Source of the DNA: the human T2T-CHM13v2.0 reference genome, Homo sapiens
DNA: 64,000 bases
NCBI RefSeq assembly: GCF_009914755.1
Contig: NC_060934.1
Strand: one strand, 5' to 3'
Below are positions 14,160 to 25,557 of the stretch, in pieces (positions within the stretch are counted from its first letter, which is position 1; the number at the start of each line of letters is the position of its first letter). Below the pieces are notes generated by a model. That model saw nothing but the letters and a program-made list of their open reading frames with translations, did no database searches and had not been told where the DNA came from. The translations under genes and the position numbers were made by a program.

Positions 14160-16840
14160 CGAAAAATCGCATTCTCTTTATTACGCCTTCGATCCCTAGG
14201 AGAACCTAAGTTCAAGAGGAGATGCTGGGCAGGGAGGGGCCAGCCACTTGCTAGGGTGCCCCAGCCCCTGTCTGCTTCAAGAGCCAAGTCATTTTCTCCT
14301 GGACCCCTCTGAGCTGAAGACAGGAAGAGCCGGGGGAGGGGGATCTCTTGGTCTGCGCCTCAGTTTCTCAAGAACAGCAACAGCAGAAAAATAAATTGAG
14401 AGATGAAGGGGCTACCACCATCCAAGTGGCCACAACCATCCACTCCCATGCCGGCCTGGAGTTAGCAGACGGGCGCCACTTTGCTCTGCTTGTCCCACGC
14501 CCATGGAGGGGGGACACCGTCCGGAAGTGAAGGCCAGGAAAACAGAGGGGAGAGACAGCGGGGTGGGGTGGGAGCAGTCGCTGCTGTGAACTCGCTGGAG
14601 CCCAGACTCACGCAACTAAGGGGCAGCAGTGGGAAGAGAAACGGAGGGGTGGTGGGGGAGCTGGCGCTCTGAACGCCTGTTCCTTCTGTTCAGACTAGTC
14701 TTTGTTTATTTTGCAGCGCAGGAAGGCGGAAGGGAAGGCGGAGACCGGCAAGAGAGGGGAGAAGGCCCGGGGAAGACGCTCGGGACCAAGATGCGGGGCC
14801 CGGGTGCGAGCAGCTGAACCTCTCGGCCCCCAGGCGTGGTGACCTGGGTGGCGACGCTCGTGGAGGCCGAGGAGCTTCTGGACCGGCGCTTCGGGGGACC
14901 AAGTGGAGAGGCTGCTGGAGTTGTCGCCTGAGTCCTCCCTTAGTTCTTCGCGCCGGCCTCGCCCACGGCTCCGGGTCCCAGCCGCCACTGCAGTCTCCGC
15001 AGCACCGAGCGGGGCTCCACCGACTCGCGACCTCCAGCCTCCGCCTCAAGGGCAGGGAGCGCGGCTGGGTCTCTGGAAAGCCATTTTTAAATCACTGCCT
15101 CTGCTGCCCCCATGTGAGGTCGGAGTGTCCTCCCCCGTCTTTGCTTTCAGGTTCTTTCAGGTTCCTTTGGGCAAACCCGCAGCTAAGAGTCCAGCTTGTG
15201 AACTTGAACCTGAACTTGCTGAAGAAGCTCCCGGCGGCCCCCTGCTGTCTGCGGCCTTTGTTTGAGGGAGAGGCTGGGGTCACCCGGTTGGGCCGCATTT
15301 CCGGGGCCGTCACCTGTCGGGCTGCCAGGCCGCGCGTACCTTGTCCCATCGGGGGCTCTGCTCTGCCCCCTGCGCTGATGACGCGGGTGGAAGGGAGGTA
15401 TCAGGGGCACTCTGGGGAGCTGTACCTGGCGGGCACCCCCCAGCTGCTCTCCGTGGGGTACGACACCGAGACCTGGTTGGGCTGCAAGGAGACCGACTGG
15501 GATTCCCGGGCTGGTGGCCGGGGAGACGAAGGCGGGGGGTGAGAGGCAGGAACCCAGGAGGCCCCAGGCCCAGCGCTGTGGGGCTGCTGTTGTCGTTCTG
15601 CGTGGAGGTCTGGCCAAACTGGCTTTTGCCCCGAGTGAGGAATTCCTGCTCTTTTTTGGTTTTGGTAAGAGGTCGCTATTCACAGAGGGGGCGGGGTTCG
15701 TCCCCTCCAGGCGAGTACGGGGCTGGCGGGCGCAGTGCTGCCTTTCTGCTCTGTCTCTTGATCCCGCTTAGGATCTTTGTGGCTCCTCTGAGTCTTCTTA
15801 GAGAGGCCGTGAAAGATGGGAAAGGCAGGTTGCTGAAACGCTGCTGCTCGGGGCTGGCAGAGACCCTGGTATAGGGAAGGCGCACCACTGTGGGTCAGAT
15901 CAGCTGACAGTGGGGGTTTTAGGTGATGGGGTAACCTTACAGTTCGGATCTCTTAGAACCCAGAAGCAGGTAGGCGATCGCTGCTTCATCACACTTCACA
16001 GGGAGTCCTGGATCTTTCCTGTCCGTAACCCATGGACGCCATGATTCAGTATGGCGGAGGTCCGGGGCTTAAGTTCCTGTTCATGCTTCCTAATCATTCA
16101 TGGATCCATCACAATGTGCTCTGAAGGGCCTCTCTTGCTGGGATTGAGAAGGATACATTTTTTGAGCAGGTTTTTATACTCAATGGACATGTAGAAGGGA
16201 ATATATTCTACTCAGTTCCCCTCCTGCAGCTCCTTGAAATTCTGTCCATCAAAAGCAGGGATCTGCTGACCAGAGGTGACTGCCACAGAAGGTATCCAGT
16301 TTGTAAAAGCTGAATTTGTTGCTGAAGCCAGAATTTGCAATCTTGATGTTTGTGTTAACATCCAAGAGCGTGTTTTCTGCCTTTAAATCTCTGTGGACAA
16401 TACGTTTCTGGTGACAGCTTGCACAGCAGACACTTTTGGTAGAATTTGCTTCAGTCCTTTTTTTTTCTTTCCTGCTGCCATGAGCAGGTATTCACAAACT
16501 TCTCCTCCTGGCTAGTGTGCTTCATGACAAAGCAAAGAGATTCCTCAATATCGATCACAGCAAATGTTTCACTATGTTGGGGTGATCCGAGCCTTCATGG
16601 TTCCTACTTTGTGGATGGTGTCTGGAGGAGATCTGCTGAGTCTCATCAATGAACTTCACAGCTGCTGCTTTCCCAGTTAAGAGGTCCCAGGCCAACCTTA
16701 CCTTAGCCAGGTTGCCCTTGACGATGGTCTCAAGGATCCTAGCTGCCAGTAAGGGTCCCTTCTCAGCAGAGATGGCTGAGAGGCCCTGTGGCATGTGAGA
16801 CTTACTGCTGGGCTTGGAGTCAAGGTGTCCCAGGTCAGCT
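14160..16840 (-). pseudogene. MARK2 (processed pseudogene): Processed pseudogene (retrocopy) of MARK2 (Par-1b/EMK1 kinase): near full-length, intronless, with frameshifts and stops
   Basis: Minus-strand translation follows MARK2 in order across many exons with no introns. N-terminus and kinase domain: LGHLDSKPSSKSHM (~16835-16792); ETIVKGNLAKVRLAWDLLTGKAAAVKFIDETQ; HPNIVK; HRDLKAEN (~16395); [12 protein letters not shown] (DFG->NSG); KLDTFCGS; [11 protein letters not shown]; [22 protein letters not shown]; MASMGY. Spacer: RVSASPEQQRFS (MARK2 RSVSANPKQRRFS); SRNSSLGAKASL (SRNSPLLERASL); PTESS (PTESN); VTPASPS..GAAGSFFSKFRFKF..LSCGFAQRNLKEPESKD (VTPASPS..GASGSIFSKFTSKF..LSFRFARRNLNEPESKD). KA1 and C-terminus: QPRSL (KPRSL); LLGLH..PGH (LLCMHGTPGH); CKINKD* at ~14695 (SKIANELKL*). 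Minus-strand AATAAA at 14177-14182. MARK2 sequences are from memory; the 3'UTR extent (14160-14690) is inferred. Confidence 0.9.
14480..15900. promoter_or_regulatory. CpG island and probable promoter built from the 3' half of the MARK2 retrocopy
   Basis: Hand count: 18 CpG in 14881-15060 vs 0 in 16141-16320. Motifs: CCGGAAGTG (ETS) 14521-14529, TGTTTAT (forkhead) 14703-14709, GCCATTTT (YY1) 15080-15087, GGGGGCGGGG (Sp1) 15687-15696. Plus-strand donors at 15114, 15665, 15970. Confidence 0.8.
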
Positions 16841-17130
16841 TAATTTCGGGAAAAACTGGTAAGACGCTTGGTTCAAATCACTTGAAAAGAAAATCACTTG
16901 CATAGTTCACCTGAAGAATGGATCTCTATAATGGAATTAAAGCACAATGCTGGACAAAAAGTAAGAAAAAGCAACAAACTGAAAGGAAAAATTGAGTAAA
17001 AAGAATAAAGAACTAGAACTGGCAACCTCAGCCAAGCCAGGGAATTACATACATCTTGGAATTCCAAAGCAATGCTTCCTTATGAGGGCATAGGAAGAAA
17101 TAAATCTAATAACAAGGCTGGGATTAATTC

Positions 17131-17250
17131 ACGTGGTTTTCTCACATTTTGGTCTCAAGAACTTTTTACTCTAAAACTAATTATTGAGGACCCCAAAGAG
17201 CTTTTTATGTGGGTTATAGTTATCAGTATTTACTTTATTGGAAATTAAAA
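17131..17250. mobile_element. hAT-Charlie (Charlie4-like) end fragment
   Basis: TTTTGGTCTCAAG...AATTATTGAGGACCCCAAAGAGCTTTTTATGTGGGTTATA. Confidence 0.7.
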
Positions 17251-17704
17251 CCTGTAGGATGTTTCAGTGGTCTTTTCTAGTTTGAAGGGTTTAATAATTT
17301 TTGGCTTTTAAAGAGCCCATAATCAATTAAAATATTTTATTTTCCTTTAAATTGTAAATGATTGGTGTCATAATGATGCTACAACTTAACTGGCATTACA
17401 ATACTATACAAATACGTTCTATTGTATAAGTCACAATAAGGTACATTATTAACTCTATAACATTTAGGGGAAGATAGCTGTTATCATATTATTTAAAGTT
17501 TTGCCTAGTTTCTTTGTAGTAGACTTATCTTTTCCAGGAGCCAGAGAACCCGCTATATCAGTTTCAGTATCTTTAAATGTAGAGATTGCAGCTGTGTGTT
17601 GAGAAAGCACGTTTCACTTAGCATGGGATGGGGACTTCGAGGTACTGGATATGTCACTGGCACCTCAGGGGAGGAAACCAAGATGCCCCTATATGATTTT
17701 AAAC

Positions 17705-18490
17705 ATGGTTTATTAAAGCGTGATACAGAAAAGTGCACAAATTGTCCACCTACAGCTTGGTGACTGTTCACAAATTGAACTCATCTAACTAGCCTCCAGA
17801 ATAAGAAACAGGCCTTTACACACCCCCACCAGCCTCCCAATCCCCTTTTCAGTCACCTTCTCTGCAGTGATAACCACTATTCTATATTCTGACAGCATAG
17901 TTTCACTTGTTTTTTAACTTCACATAAATGGGATCAGACAGTATTGAATCCTTTGTGTCTGCTTCCTTCACTCAATATTTTCCTGAGATTTTTCTATATT
18001 GTTTATTCTAAATGCCCATTGTACGACTGTAACACAATTTGTTTATCCATTTTACTGTTCTTGGGCATTTGGGTAGTTCTCACTGTGGATGCTAAGAAGA
18101 GTGTTGCTATAAACATTCAGGTCTTTTGGTAAGCATATACCTGGCTTTCTGTTGGCTATTTATACCTAGAAATAGAGTTGCTGGCTTATAAGGTATGCAT
18201 ATTTTTAGTTTTAGTAGACATTGCAGTTTGTACCAATTCACCCACCCACCAATGTGAATATCTAATATTGCCTGCCTGTCTGTACGTGTGTACTGGTATA
18301 GCATTGTGGTTTTAATTTGCATTTTCCAGTGCCTAATGAAATAAAGCACCTTTTAATATGCTTATTGGACATATTTTTTTTCTGTGTTGTGCCTATTCAG
18401 TATTTTGCCCATTTTTCTGTTGGGTTGCTGGTATTGTTCTTATTGGTTTATGGGTATTCTTTAAATATTTTAAGTATTCTTTATTTGATA
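17705..18490 (-). mobile_element. Old L1M (MB/MC/ME) 3' end
   Basis: Reversed L1 3'UTR and ORF2 C-terminus (ORF 18107..18349: MQIKTTM..Y..T; IPYKPATLFLGI). Confidence 0.7.
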
Positions 18491-18504
18491 TGTCCCTGTA
18501 TTTC

Positions 18505-18680
18505 CTCTCTCCTCCCTCATCCCTGTTAACTCTCTGATGTCACTTCCTGCTATTTTACCCATGGATCGTCCCTTTCTAGCTACTAGAGTTCTTATTCCTT
18601 GAACATGCCAGCCATATTCCTACTCCAGGGCTCTGCACTAGCTCCAACTTATGCCTGGAATGTTCTTTTCCACGGTCCAC
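18505..18680 (+). mobile_element. L2 fragment (continuation of 13960-14150)
   Basis: TTCCTTGAACATGCCAGCCATATTCCTACTCCAGGGCTCTGCACTAGC...GCCTGGAATGTTCTT. Confidence 0.65.
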
Positions 18681-19440
18681 ATACACAAAATTAGAAATAT
18701 AAATACATAGGATATTAGTATAAAGGCCCTTCTTTGGGTATCTATCATCCGACACCAATAATTATCAACATTTTGCAATCTTATCCATAAATACTTCAGT
18801 ATTCACCTTTAATAGATAAATATCTTTTTTAAACACAGACACCATGCCATCATCATATCTAACAATAGTACTGTATAAGACCAGTCCATATTCAAATTTC
18901 CCAGTTATCTCAAAGACGTCTTGTTACAGTTAACATGTTTGAGTAAAGGTGTAAACAAGTTGTACATGTTGCTTTTTTTTCTATAGCAATATCACCATTC
19001 AAAATACTGTATATTTTACTTATTAAATTTGCCTTAAAATTTTTTTATATTATTTTTGTTTTAGGTTCAGGGGGTACCTGCGCGTGTTTATTACATGGAT
19101 ATGTTGTATAATGGTGGGGTTTGGACTTCTAATGCACCCACCACTCAAATAGAGAATTTTTCAACCTTCACCCCTCTCTCACTCTCCCTGCTTTTGTAGT
19201 CTGTGTCTATTATTTCCATCTTTTATGTCCGTATGTGCCCATTGTTTAGCTCCAACTAATAAGTGAGAACATGTGATATTTGGCTTTCTGTTTCTGAGTT
19301 ACTTCTCTTAGGATAATGGCCTCCAGTTCCACCCATGTTGCTGCAAAAGGCATGACTTTATTCTTTTTTAAAGCTGCATTATATTCCATGGTGGATATGT
19401 ACCACATTTTCTTCAATCTGTTGATGGACACTTAGGTTGA

Positions 19441-19848
<408 letters not shown>

Positions 19849-20953
19849 TAGTGGAATTACTGGGTCAAATGGTAGTTATATGTTTAGTTCTTTGAGAAAT
19901 CGTCATACTGTTTTCCATAGAGGTTTTACTAATTTGCGTTCTCAACCAGAGTGTGTAAGTGTTCTCTTTTCTCCACATCCACACCAACATCTACTATTTT
20001 TTGACTTTTCAATAATAGCCATTTTGACTCGTGTAAGATGATGTCTCATTGTGGTTTTAATTTGCATTTCTCTGATGATTAGTGATGTTGAACATTTCTT
20101 CATATATTTGTTGGTTGCATGTATGTCTTCGAGAAATGTCTGTTCTTGTCCTTTGGCCACTTTTTGATAGGGTCATTTTTTTTTCTTGTAGAGGGGTCTG
20201 AGTTTCTTGTAGAGGCTGGATACTAGTCCTTTGTTGGAGCCATAATTTGCAAATTTTTCTCCTATTCTGTGGGTTATCTGTTTAATCTTTTTTTTTTCTA
20301 TGCAGAAGCTTTTTAGTTTAGTTAAGCCCCATTTATCTGTTTTTGTTTTTGTTGCATTTGCTTTTGAGGCCTTAGTCATACATTCTTTGCCTAGGCCAGT
20401 GTCCAAAAGAGTATTTATTTTCTAGGTTTTCTTCTAGGATTTTTATAGTTCCAAGTCTTACATTTAAGTCTTTAGTTCATTTTGAGTAATTTTGTAGAAA
20501 ATGAGAGATAGGAGTCCAATTTCATTATTTTGCATATGGCTAGCCAGTTTTCCCAGCACCTTTTATGGAATAGGGTGCCCTTTTCCCATTGCTTATTTTT
20601 GTTTACTTTGTCAAAGGTCAGCTGGTTGTGGGTATGTGGCTTTATTTCTGGTTCTCTATTTTGTTTCATTGATCTATGTGTCTATTTTTATACTAGTACC
20701 ATGCTGTTTTGGTTACTACAGCCTTGTAGTATGATTTGAAGTCAGGTAATGTGATACCTCCAGCTTTTTTCTTTTGCTTAGGATTGCTTTGCTAATCTGG
20801 CTCTTTCCTGGTTCTGTATGAGTGTTAGAATTGTTTTTTCTTTTTCTGTGAAAAATGACGTTGGTAATTTGATAGGAACTGTACTGAACCACAGATTGCT
20901 TTGGGCAATAAATTATTGCCATATTAAAGATATTGATTCTTCACAATTCATGA

Positions 20954-21268
<315 letters not shown>

Positions 21269-22011
21269 GATGGGATGTTTTTCTGTTTGTGTCGTCTATG
21301 GTTTCTTTTATTGGTGTTTTGTATTTCTCCTTGTAGGAATCTTTAACCTCTCTGGTTAAATATATTCCTAGGTATTTAATTTTAGTTTTATTATATGTAG
21401 CTATCGTAAATGGAATTGAATTCTTGATTTGGTTTTCAGCTTGAGTGTTATTGGGGTATATAAATGCTACTGATTTTTGTACATTGGTTTTGTATTCTGA
21501 AACTTTACTGAACTTTACTGAAGTCATTTATTATGTCTAGGAGTATTTTTAAGGAATCTTTAGGGTTTTCTAGGTATAGGATCATGTCATCAGTGAAAAG
21601 AGATAATCTGACTTTTATTTTTTTTTCAGTTTGGATGCCTTTTATTTCTTTCTCTTGCCTGATTGTTCTGGCTAGGTCTTCCAGTACTATGTTGAATAGG
21701 AGAGGTGAGAGTAGACAGGCTTGTTCAGTTTCAGGTCATAGGGGAAATGCTTTTGGCTTTTCTCCTTTCAGTATGATGTTGGCCATGGGTTTGTAATGTG
21801 TGGCTTTTATTATTTGGAGGTATGTTCCTTCAATGTCTAGTTATATCATGAAGGGATGTTGGATTTTTATCAGATGCTTTTTCTGCATTTATTGAGATAT
21901 GTTTTTTGTTCTTAATTTTCTTTATATGGTGAAACACATTTATTGATTTACATATGATTTACATATGTTGAACCATCCTTGCATCCCTGGAATAAAAACC
22001 ACTGATCACTG

Positions 22012-22130
22012 TAATGAGATGAACAGGGTACCTCAGTTAGGAATGCAGAAATCATCCACCTTCTGCGTTGGTCTCACTGGGAGGTGCAGACTTGGGCTGT
22101 TCCTATTTGGCCATCTTGCCAGATCTCTCC
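22012..22130 (-). mobile_element. L1PA (PA7/8-like) extreme 5' end (~115 nt of 5'UTR with YY1 site)
   Basis: Reverse complement CAAGATGGCCAAATAGGAACAGC...GATTTCTGCATTCCTAACTGAGGTACCCTGTTCATCTCA. Confidence 0.9.
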
Positions 22131-22860
22131 CCCAATTCCCTGATTCTGTCAACAAAGACCCTGTGCTCAGATGGGAAGTGCCTTGTTTAAGGTTACACAA
22201 ACATAACTTGAGCTTTAAGTAAGTGTGAGCCTTAGGAGAGGAGAGAGGAGAGAGGAAAGAGGAGAGAGGCCGGGTTTGGCAGGGGTGGTGGAGTGACTGT
22301 GGGAGAAGGCAAACACAATTTATGAAACAGAGTGTGTGTCATAGATTCAGGGAAGGAAGCAGGCCATTTATCTGAGGTGGATGGTTTGTGTAATGGAGTT
22401 AGCTGTGAGATGAGATGGGTAAGAGGTTGGGGCCAGATTATGGAAAGCCTATGTATGAAATGAGGAGCCATTGAAAATGTTTGAAAGGAATGCTAGGAGA
22501 TCACAAGAAATAATAACTGAGAATTACAGCTGATCCTGAGGTTGCTCAGAGGTTTGCTCAGAGGTTGCTCAGAGGCTTTCATTCTACTTTAACCATAACT
22601 TAACAATAAAAAATACATTTTACACTGAATCAGCACATGCACACACACACACGCACACACACACAGAAACTTAAGCTTGACAAGACAAGGATTAACCTAT
22701 GTGTGCTATACTCTATTTTCCACTTCATTCCACTAAACTCTAAGCCTCCCTTTTTTGGAGACTGAATTTATCCGGGGGAGGGGACTGGTGGACGGCATCC
22801 TAAGTGAAAGGCGTAGCGTGACAAACTCCGGGAGCTTTGAGGGCAAAGTGTGATCTGGGT

Positions 22861-22930
22861 AGGTTTCCAGATTTAGTAAATAAAAATAGAGAACACTCAG
22901 TTCAATTTGAATTTCAGATAAACAATATTC
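22861..22930. mobile_element. MER53 (hAT) half element
   Basis: AGGTTTCCAGATTTAGTAAATAAAAATAGAGAACACTCAGTTCAATTTGAATTTCAGATAAACAA. Confidence 0.7.
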
Positions 22931-23499
22931 CATAGCTTGGGAAGAGCAAGACATTCTGTGTGGCTGGAACACAGGTGGGTGTGAGAAAATGGCAGAGGCG
23001 AGTCTGGCGTGTATTGGGATCATGTTGTGAATGCTTATGAGAGAATAACCATCTTTTCTGTAGCCTCTTGCTCATATTGAAGGATAATTTGAGAATAATT
23101 ATTGAATGCTTGAAAAGAAATTTAAAAAATACACACAGAAAATATGTAACCCTTGAGTCCTTAGCTCATTAACAATAAAGGTGGAATCCTCGTGTGTGGG
23201 TGGAATGATTATTAATTATTAACCATTGCATCTGAGTAATTCTTTCTTTTATCCTGATGATTTTGTTTCTAAGATGCCTTTGTCCAGGTGTTTAGTTGAG
23301 AAGGGGGAATGAGCACATTTTGCCACATATACTTCTTATTATATTCCAGCCTGAAGCAAGAATTTAAGTTATTAACAGTAATGGAATTAATAACGTGTGT
23401 GTGATCAACTAAGCAAGTCTTTGCTCTGTTTAAGTAGTTTTCCAGATGTCATCAATGCAGGTTGTCTGTATTTCATCCTCTCTTCCCTGTTTGTGGACC

Positions 23500-24060
23500 C
23501 TGATCTTCACTATATCATAGACATGGCTCCTGGCAAGCCAGGGAAGCCACCTGACCCAAGCTGAACCAGACAGAATTCAGTCTCATTTGTGGTTTTACTG
23601 GTAACTCAGGAGCTCATGGTAGCCATGGGTTTTTTTTTTTTTTTGCCATATGCAAAATCAAAGAAAGCCAGTCAACACTATGGAATTCACTGAAGAAGCA
23701 ATTCAGTGAAGGTGGGGGAGAGTATATGCACTTGTATTAGAGGAAAAGCATGCTAGAATTAGAGAATGAAAAGTGAAGACAAGCAAAGAAGGGAGAGAGA
23801 GAGAGTGACAAGAGGGGGGTGAAAAGGAGGCAAAAGGAAGGAGGGAGGAGGAAGGGGAAAAGGAGAAGGGAGAAGGAGGGAGGAAGGCTGAGAGCCAAGC
23901 CCTACTAGTTGTGCAATCCCTGGGTTCATTACTCTCCTAAAGTGACTTGGTTGCATTCTATCTGGTTTGTGAGATGACCTTTCACCTTCTGATGAATTGC
24001 CTTTATGCTTAGGATCACTACAGTGGGCTCTGTTACTTAAAACAAGAGTACTAATTAATA
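23500..24060 (+). mobile_element. Old MLT1 LTR with internal GA-rich tract (23785-23890)
   Basis: CACCTGACCCAAGCTGAACCA...; end CTGTTACTTAAAACAAGAGTACTAATTAATA. Confidence 0.45.
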
Positions 24061-24864
24061 AATCAGATCACTGAAGTCATATTGACCCACTGTGATTGCT
24101 ATGGTTTGGTGGTGATTATGAGAAGGGTATTTACTCAGCAGGTAGAACTTGGCCATAGAACTCCTTCATGGCAAATAGGAAGAAGCATGGCTTTTGTTAA
24201 ACTGAGCACATACATTGCTGAGCATAACACAAACTACCCTGGTGCATAGTTTCCCTTTTCCATCTAGAGCTTGTTCTGGATTTGTTCTGGGAAAAGCCTA
24301 TGGGTTTAATTTGGAGCTGGTTTATTTCAGTCAGTTGGGGAGTTGTTTTGTGGTACTTTTAACACTACTCAAACAAATGTTTCCCAAGGTGAATTCTCTG
24401 TTCAATGAAACTAGCAGTTACACAGTGGAAAAAAGAAAGAAGGTGGTTCTGTGGTCAGGCCATGTTTGGGTTAACTGCTTTGTAGTACCTCTCAAAGCCT
24501 TTACTATGCTAGTTTGCATTGTAAATTTCTAAGAGGCAAAGAGTTGATGTAGCATTTCCTGAGTTCACTTGACCACAAAGCGGGATATGTCACTGGACTA
24601 GTGTCTCCCAGGACACACTGGGGATAAGATAGATAGCTGAGCACATATGAGTGGATGGCCACCACTCCAGTGTGCAGGACTGACAGTGAGAAGGACCTGT
24701 CCAGTAGCTGCCTCTTACACATTGACCTTGATTTTAAGGTGACAAGAAAATGATCTGACTGCCAGTGATTCTCCAATACTCTTGACATTTCTAAAGAACA
24801 GGTTATTAAAAAAACATCTAACACTAAAAGGGAAGCTTGGCTCAGTTTATATTCAGATCAAAGA

Positions 24865-25145
24865 GACTATGGACAAGGGATCTGTGGAGAAAATTCAGGC
24901 AGTCTGTGAACTTGAATGGGAATAAAAATTGCATCTTTATTTTCATTAACTTCAGGCTGAAATTTAGCATTTCCTTCAGTTATTAATGTAGCAACAGACC
25001 CCATAGTTTGAGCAGCACCCATTATTTGTCAGTAATAGAAATCTCAAATGTATTCACATTACATCACAGTTCCTGCAAGTTTCTCTAAATATTTATGCTT
25101 CTTGTTACTTTGAAATTATAGTTAGGCCTACCACTAGGTCTTGTT
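24865..25145. mobile_element. hAT-Charlie fragment
   Basis: GTCTGTGAACTTGAATGGGAATAAAAATTGCATCTTTATTTTCA...CTGAAATTTAGCATTTCCTTCA. Confidence 0.55.
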
Positions 25146-25157
25146 ACTCTTCTTCTT

Positions 25158-25288
25158 ATTTTTTTGGATGTGGAGATGAGGTCTTGCTATGTTGTCCAGT
25201 CTGGTCTTGAACTCCTGGCCTCAAGCAATTCTTCTGCCTCAGCCTCCTTAGTAGTTGAGTTTATAAGCAAAAGCCACCATACCTGGCC
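25158..25288 (-). mobile_element. FLAM (Alu monomer)
   Basis: GAGATGAGGTCTTGCTATGTTG...AACTCCTGGCCTCAAGCAAT...CCACCATACCTGGCC. Confidence 0.85.
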
Positions 25289-25557
25289 AAACAAAATGTT
25301 TTTGATGATGGCCACACATTAAACACGGCGCCTGGCCCATGATAGTGCTTAATGAATATTAACTGATGTTGTTAATCAGTTAATCACGACCATCATCATC
25401 GAACTAAGCTCCCATATTTGTTGAGTGTCTTAATTTAGACCCAACATCAGGATATGAGGCAAAGTAGGCATTTTAAAAATAAATACTAGTGAAACTAGAT
25501 AGAATTATCTTCCTTGTCACTTCTTTTGGGTATTAATTATATATCAGAAAATTTCAG

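Noticed and set aside
14690-15888. Several 100-177 aa ORFs on both strands in the CpG island
   Set aside because: Minus-strand ORFs are frameshifted MARK2 pseudogene pieces; plus-strand ORFs are what stop-poor GC-rich DNA produces, many start at non-ATG codons, and none resembles a known protein
14480-15900. Naming the host gene of the CpG island
   Set aside because: No coding exon lies in the window and I do not recognise the first-exon sequence with confidence
16555-16794. 79-aa kinase-like ORF as a functional gene or coding exon
   Set aside because: No introns, frameshifts, DFG and APE lost; it is part of the processed pseudogene
22538-22575. Three copies of GAGGTT(T)GCTCA as a CRISPR-like or regulatory array
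   Set aside because: Simple 11-12 bp slippage triplication without spacers, in eukaryotic DNA
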